Assembly: GCA_002269645.1 (NCBI GenBank)
Contig: NIVC01002999.1
Coordinates: 1-64,000, forward strand
From: Macrostomum lignano
Lineage: Eukaryota
Direction of reading: 5' to 3'
DNA length: 64,000 bases
Shown here: piece by piece, positions 59,301 through 64,000 of the stretch
How the letters are laid out: each line of letters opens with the position of its first letter
Numbering within the stretch: the first letter of the stretch is position 1
Notes under the pieces: model-generated
What the model was told of the DNA's origin: nothing
What the model saw: the letters and a program-made list of their open reading frames with translations, nothing else
Databases searched by the model: none
Made by a program: the position numbers and the translations under genes

Positions 59301-59712
59301 ATCATAGAATAACCACTCTGTTAACCATCAACTAAAGACTTGCCATCAACTAAATGTAATAGGGTCGATCTTTTATTCTTACTAATAGTAGTTTTAAGCG
59401 GGTTTAATGAGCTATTTTTACTCAGCCAATCAGTAAATTTCCTTGTTTAAATCCCTTAATTATTTTGTTTTAACTAACTTCAGCCAATGGAGTTTAATAA
59501 TTTGTTATAATTTCGTAAGCTATTTTGTTATAATTAATTTCATCCAATCAAATTAAGTTTTATCCTCTATATAAACGGAACGATTGACCAAGAATAAAAT
59601 TAACTGGCTCTTCCGCGAATTTTCGCGAGCTCGCTCTCAACCGGAGAGGAAGCGTTTTTGCCATCCAAACCAAAACGTGAGTTGAAACTTGCGAGTCTTA
59701 GTTCTTTGTAGG

Positions 59713-60020
59713 AATAGGGAGAAATCAGAGGTCGTGGAGACCCAGAACTAGGGATCTGAATAGGGAGAAATCAGAGGTCGTGGAGACCCAGAACTAAGGA
59801 TCTGAATAGGGAGAAATCAGAGGTCGTGGAGACCCAGAACTAAGGATCTGAATAGGGAGAAATCAGAGGTCGTGGAGACCCAGAACTAGGGATCTAAATA
59901 GGGAGAAATCAGAGGTCGTGGAGACCCAGAACTAGGATCTAAATAGGGAGAAATCAGAGGTCGTGGAGACCCAGAACTAGGATCTAAATAGGGGGAAATC
60001 AGAGGTCGTGGAGACCCAAG
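59713..60020. repeat. 46-bp tandem repeat (~7 copies) inside the LTR
   Basis: aatagggagaaatcagaggtcgtggagacccagaacta(g/a)ggatct. Confidence 0.93.
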
Positions 60021-60504
60021 ACAGAGGTCTAAAATTAAGGAGAAATTTAAGGTCGTGCAGACTCTAAGGAAGCCGTACTGGCTAATAATAGGTATTAGGC
60101 GCTAGGAAATTAGGCATTAGAGGAGTGAATTAGCTACTGCTGGACACCCTTGATCCTCGGAAAACGCTAGACTTTCGGACTAAAATTAGGAAATTAGACA
60201 GTGTCTTACCGCTCGGGCACTACACGCTATCACAAGGTTTCCAAGAAATCGTGTGAAATTAGAGAAGGGTCATAGTTCAGAGGCAGCCAATACTACTAGA
60301 AGTAGACAGCTTAGGGACAGGAACCAGAAAGTCTGTGAAAGGCTCAGTAGCTTTAAGGTGGAATTGCAGTTAGAACGAGTACGTCTGCGACAACTTGGTG
60401 ACATCTAGTGGGATCTAGAAGAAGGAGGAAACAAATCTGTAACAACTTGGTGGCAGCGTTAAGGGATCAAGAAACCAGCGGAAAGCTAACTAGATAAGTG
60501 AAAA

Positions 60505-61449
60505 ATGGCAGGAATTAATGACGCATTAGCGCTACTAGCTGAAGAGCTTAGGAATCGTTTAGAAATAGGACCAGCAAGGCATGTGAGAATTCAGAAGTAC
60601 ACGCCAAGCCAAGACATTAGGATCTGGTTGACAGCTTTTGATCAGAGGTGTGAATCAGAAGGAATCGAGGAGAATCATAGGAAAACTGAGCTATTAGCTA
60701 ATCTAGACTTAGCAACAGCGTTCGCCGCTGTACAACGACTTAATCTGCCAGAAGATCTAGGGTATGAAGAATTCAAGGAGCACTTGATCGAGAGATTTGG
60801 TAGGATAGGAAACGCGTCAGAGTTTAGGGAAGAGTTTAGAGGCAGAATGCAAGGAAGGAATGAGACGAAGGACGCTTATGCTGATGCGCTGATTGAGCTA
60901 TCAGATAGAGCCTTCCCGAACATGAATGCAGAACAGCGAGAGGAAGAGATAGTTGAGCAGTTTATCAAAGGAGTTAGGATTCCGCCAGATACTAGGGAGA
61001 AGTTAATCTTTGCTCAGCCAGCGAATTTGCAGGAAGCTAGGCGAATGCTAAGGCGAATTGAAGCCGCATGGCAACTATCGCACAAAGGAGGTGTTAGGAT
61101 GATGAAAGAGGGAGAAGGAGAGCAAGAGAAGAAGCTCCAAGATTTAGTTCAGCAGCAGAAGAATGAGTTAGAGCAACAGAAAAAGCTGATTCAGGAGCTG
61201 ATGGCGCACAAGCCACCACCTATGGCTAGACCGCAGCCATGCCCAGCTCAGATGCCGCGACAGAATTATCAGCAGCAACCGGCATTTCAGCCGAGAGTTT
61301 CGGCATATTATCAGCCTAGACCTAGGAGAGAGTTTCCGATTCGCTCTTATTCGCCGCAGCCAGGAAGGTGTGCAATTTGCCAGCAACCCGGCTCAATAAG
61401 GCCTGGTATAGGTCACCAGTGCCGCGTGAATCGCAAACAGGGAAACTAG
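60505..61449 (+). CDS. Gypsy Gag
   Basis: WLTAFDQRC, RMQGRNET..AYADAL, EQFIKGV, C-terminal CAIC...HQC knuckle-like motif. Confidence 0.9.
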   Translation: MAGINDALALLAEELRNRLEIGPARHVRIQKYTPSQDIRIWLTAFDQRCESEGIEENHRKTELLANLDLATAFAAVQRLNLPEDLGYEEFKEHLIERFGRIGNASEFREEFRGRMQGRNETKDAYADALIELSDRAFPNMNAEQREEEIVEQFIKGVRIPPDTREKLIFAQPANLQEARRMLRRIEAAWQLSHKGGVRMMKEGEGEQEKKLQDLVQQQKNELEQQKKLIQELMAHKPPPMARPQPCPAQMPRQNYQQQPAFQPRVSAYYQPRPRREFPIRSYSPQPGRCAICQQPGSIRPGIGHQCRVNRKQGN

Positions 61450-61483
61450 AATACAGAGGGTGGCATGAGAGGCCACGACCCTC
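61440..61483 (+). promoter_or_regulatory. -1 ribosomal frameshift signal
   Basis: G GGA AAC heptamer immediately before the gag TAG, a 9-nt spacer, then hairpin gagggtggc...gccacgaccctc. Confidence 0.8.
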
Positions 61484-64000
61484 TAGGAGAAATGAGTACA
61501 AAATGAAGGCCTCTAATTGTAAATATAGTGTAGATAGTGAAGGTTGGCGAACTGTCCCAATGCGAAAAAGACACATAGGTGGTGTGCATGTAAATAATGC
61601 GTTTGCACCAGCACCAATTTCCACTTATTCTGCGTCAGCACCTCATGCGTATGCACCAGCCGCATCATCATGTGTCAATCCTGCTTATGCTACTGAAAAC
61701 TTAGCACCAGTAGTAGAAGAAGAGTCCGAATCCGATTTTCGCCAGCCAAAGTTTAAGAAAATAGTTAAGCAAAAGGTTTTTCCGAAACCAAAAGTTGAAT
61801 TAGTAAACCAGACAGGCTATGAAGCAATAGTAGTAGGCAATATCGATAATCAAGAAGTAGACTTTCTAATAGACACAGGCGCTCAAAATAATTTTCTAAG
61901 TAGATCAGTTTGGTCAAAAGTATTCGAGCCGAGTCAGATTAGAGAAACAAGTAGGAGAGTTTCCACATTTGATGGAACTACAGTGAAACTAGAAGGAGAA
62001 GCGAGTACTTTAGTGCAGTTCGGAGATTTAGAATTAGAAATAGAATTCCTACTCTGCAGCCACGATTGTGACAACATACTAGGCATGGAATTCTTTAAAA
62101 ATCGCTGTGAAAGCATTCAATTAGCAAAAGGCATGTTAATTTTAAAAGAGGGGACTTGTATTCCCATGCAGTATACTCATTTGCCAGTAAAAGTTTGCCG
62201 AGTATATACTCAGGAGAGGGCAGTAGTTCCGCCTAATAGCGCACTGCGAATCCCAGTGAGATTAGCCAAAAATTCAGAAGCCAATTATGGCACGCCAATG
62301 ACTATTGAGACTATTGGAAGTAGTATTAGGACTAAGACAGAGACAGTAGAAATGAATCCGACTTTAGTTACTATGCGCGATGGCGTAGCCATAGTAGAAG
62401 TAGTGAATCAAAGCACGGTAGAAGTGAAATTGCCGAAATCAACCTTAGTAGGTTTAGCTAAGCCAATCAGGGCTAGAGAGCTCACTTACATGAATAATGA
62501 AGTAGATCAAACCGTGCCGTCAGATCAGCCAATCACCGGACGTGTCAATCAAACGCAATCTACAAGTGAAACTTGGATTAGCGAAATAGATATTAGTGAA
62601 GATTTGACAGCAGAACAGAGAGATAGGGTGATTCAGCTCGTAAAAGAGCATAGAGAGGCCTTTTCTCAACATGGTCTAGATATGGGCTTAACATCACTAG
62701 TCACGCATGAGATCTCGCTAAGGGATGAGACACCTGTTAGGATTCCGACTAGAAGGATTCCCCCTCATCTGCAGAAACAGGTAGATGCTCAGCTAGATGA
62801 CATGTTAGCTAAGAACTTAATTAGGCCATGCTATTCGACCTATTCAACACCTTTAGTGATCGTGCCGAAGAAAGATGGTACTATTCGAATAGTCAGTGAT
62901 TTTAGAGTGCTGAATTCACGAGTGAACTACTTTCCGTATCCGCTGCCAAATATTCAGGAGACATTTTCAAACTTAACAGGCAGTCAGTATTTTAGTAGCC
63001 TTGACCTGAATTCTGGTTATTGGCAAGTTCCGATAAAAGAGGAACACAAGTTTATGACTGCATTTTCAACATTAACAAGAGGTCAGTTTGAGTATCAAGT
63101 TATGGCTCAGGGCTTATCTAATGCCCCAGGTACTTTTCAAAGGCTTATGAATCTAGTGTTAGCAGGCATTCAGCATAAATATGCCATGTCATACATAGAT
63201 GATATAGTGACCTATTCTAAGCAGTTCGAAGATCATTTAGAACACCTTAAGGAGGTATTTAAAAGACTAATTAGTGCAGGACTGAAACTAAGAGCTAAAA
63301 AGTGCAACCTATTTCATAGCGAACTAAAATATTTAGGCCATGTAATTGGAAGAGAAGGAATTAGGACTGATGAAGCTAAGATAGAAGCCATTAGGAGCTG
63401 GCCAAAGCCAAAGGATGTAAAAGAGCTAAGAAGTTTCTTAGGATTATGCAATTATTATAGTCGCTTTGTTAAGAATTATGCTGAGGCTGCACATCCGTTA
63501 TTTCAACTAACTAGGAAAGGAGTGCAGAACTTTCAGGCAAAGTGGACTAGAGCTCATGATGAAGCATTTGAAGAGCTTAAGAAAAGAATGATGTCAACAG
63601 AAGTGTTAGCCTATCCAGAGTTTGTAGACGATGAGAATGTTAGAATGGTCTTAGACACTGATGCTAGTGATGGACGCATAGGGGCCTGCCTAGGCCAAAT
63701 CCAGTCAGATGGCATCGAGAGGCCTATAGCATATTTCAGTCGGGCTATGAAAGAAACAGAGAAGCGCTATCCAATAACTAGAAAAGAGTTGCTAGCGTTA
63801 GTAGACGCAATGAAGCATTTTAGATTTTATCTGATAGGAAAGCGATTTTTAGCGCGCACAGATCATAAGGCGATTTTATGGTTGTTAAGGCAAACAGAGG
63901 CCCAAGGGATTCTAGGACGTTGGGTGGAACGCTTAAATGAATTTCAATTCGATATTGAGCATAGAAGCGGTGCCAAACATTCCAACGCGGACAGTTTGTC
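61446..64000 (+). CDS. Gypsy Pol (protease, RT, RNase H) in the -1 frame, open to the window end
   Basis: Manual translation has no stop from 61446 to 64000: FLIDTGA, ILGMEF, LDLNSGYWQ, YIDD (63192-63203), YLGH, FLGLCNYY, LDTDASD, RTDHK. Missed by the ORF track because it runs off the window. Confidence 0.95.

Larger units (their letters stand above)
59355..64000 (+). mobile_element. Ty3/Gypsy LTR retrotransposon, apparently intact, 3' end beyond the window
   Basis: Putative 5' LTR TGTAAT...TGTAACA (59355-60444) with CCAAT boxes and TATA; PBS TGGTGGCAGCG at 60448 (tRNA-Leu 3' end complement); gag and pol ORFs. Confidence 0.92.

Overview
Eukaryotic, intron-rich, repeat-rich animal genomic DNA. 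The minisatellite-laden introns suggest an invertebrate, possibly a flatworm, but this is inference only. (1) 1.1-26.7 kb: two tandem + strand paralogues of an insulysin/IDE-like (M16A) gene. Splice phases join a first N-half (domains 1-2) in frame to a complete 4-domain unit, giving a 6-domain protein (gene 2 is about 1650 aa in 17 exons). All three visible zinc-binding HxxEH motifs are destroyed. Introns carry many minisatellites, tRNA-derived SINEs, a mariner relic and a hAT MITE. (2) 28-31.2 kb: an orphan 623-aa ORF and a truncated fibrinogen-related gene. (3) 31.5-50.9 kb: a - strand signal peptide/EGF x4/TSP1/TM gene. Its first intron holds a 15.3-kb Polinton/Maverick (adintovirus-like) endogenous virus with ~460-bp TIRs and a 6-bp TSD, encoding pPolB, integrase, major and minor capsid, ATPase, adenain-like protease and parvovirus-like PLA2, mostly decayed. 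Its polB is interrupted by a rearranged Gypsy element. (4) 51.3-55 kb: an OTU-bearing Helitron followed by head-to-tail Helitron units. (5) 59.4-64 kb: an apparently intact Gypsy LTR retrotransposon with a -1 frameshift signal, running off the window. Exon coordinates and translations were worked out by hand; no database searches were run.
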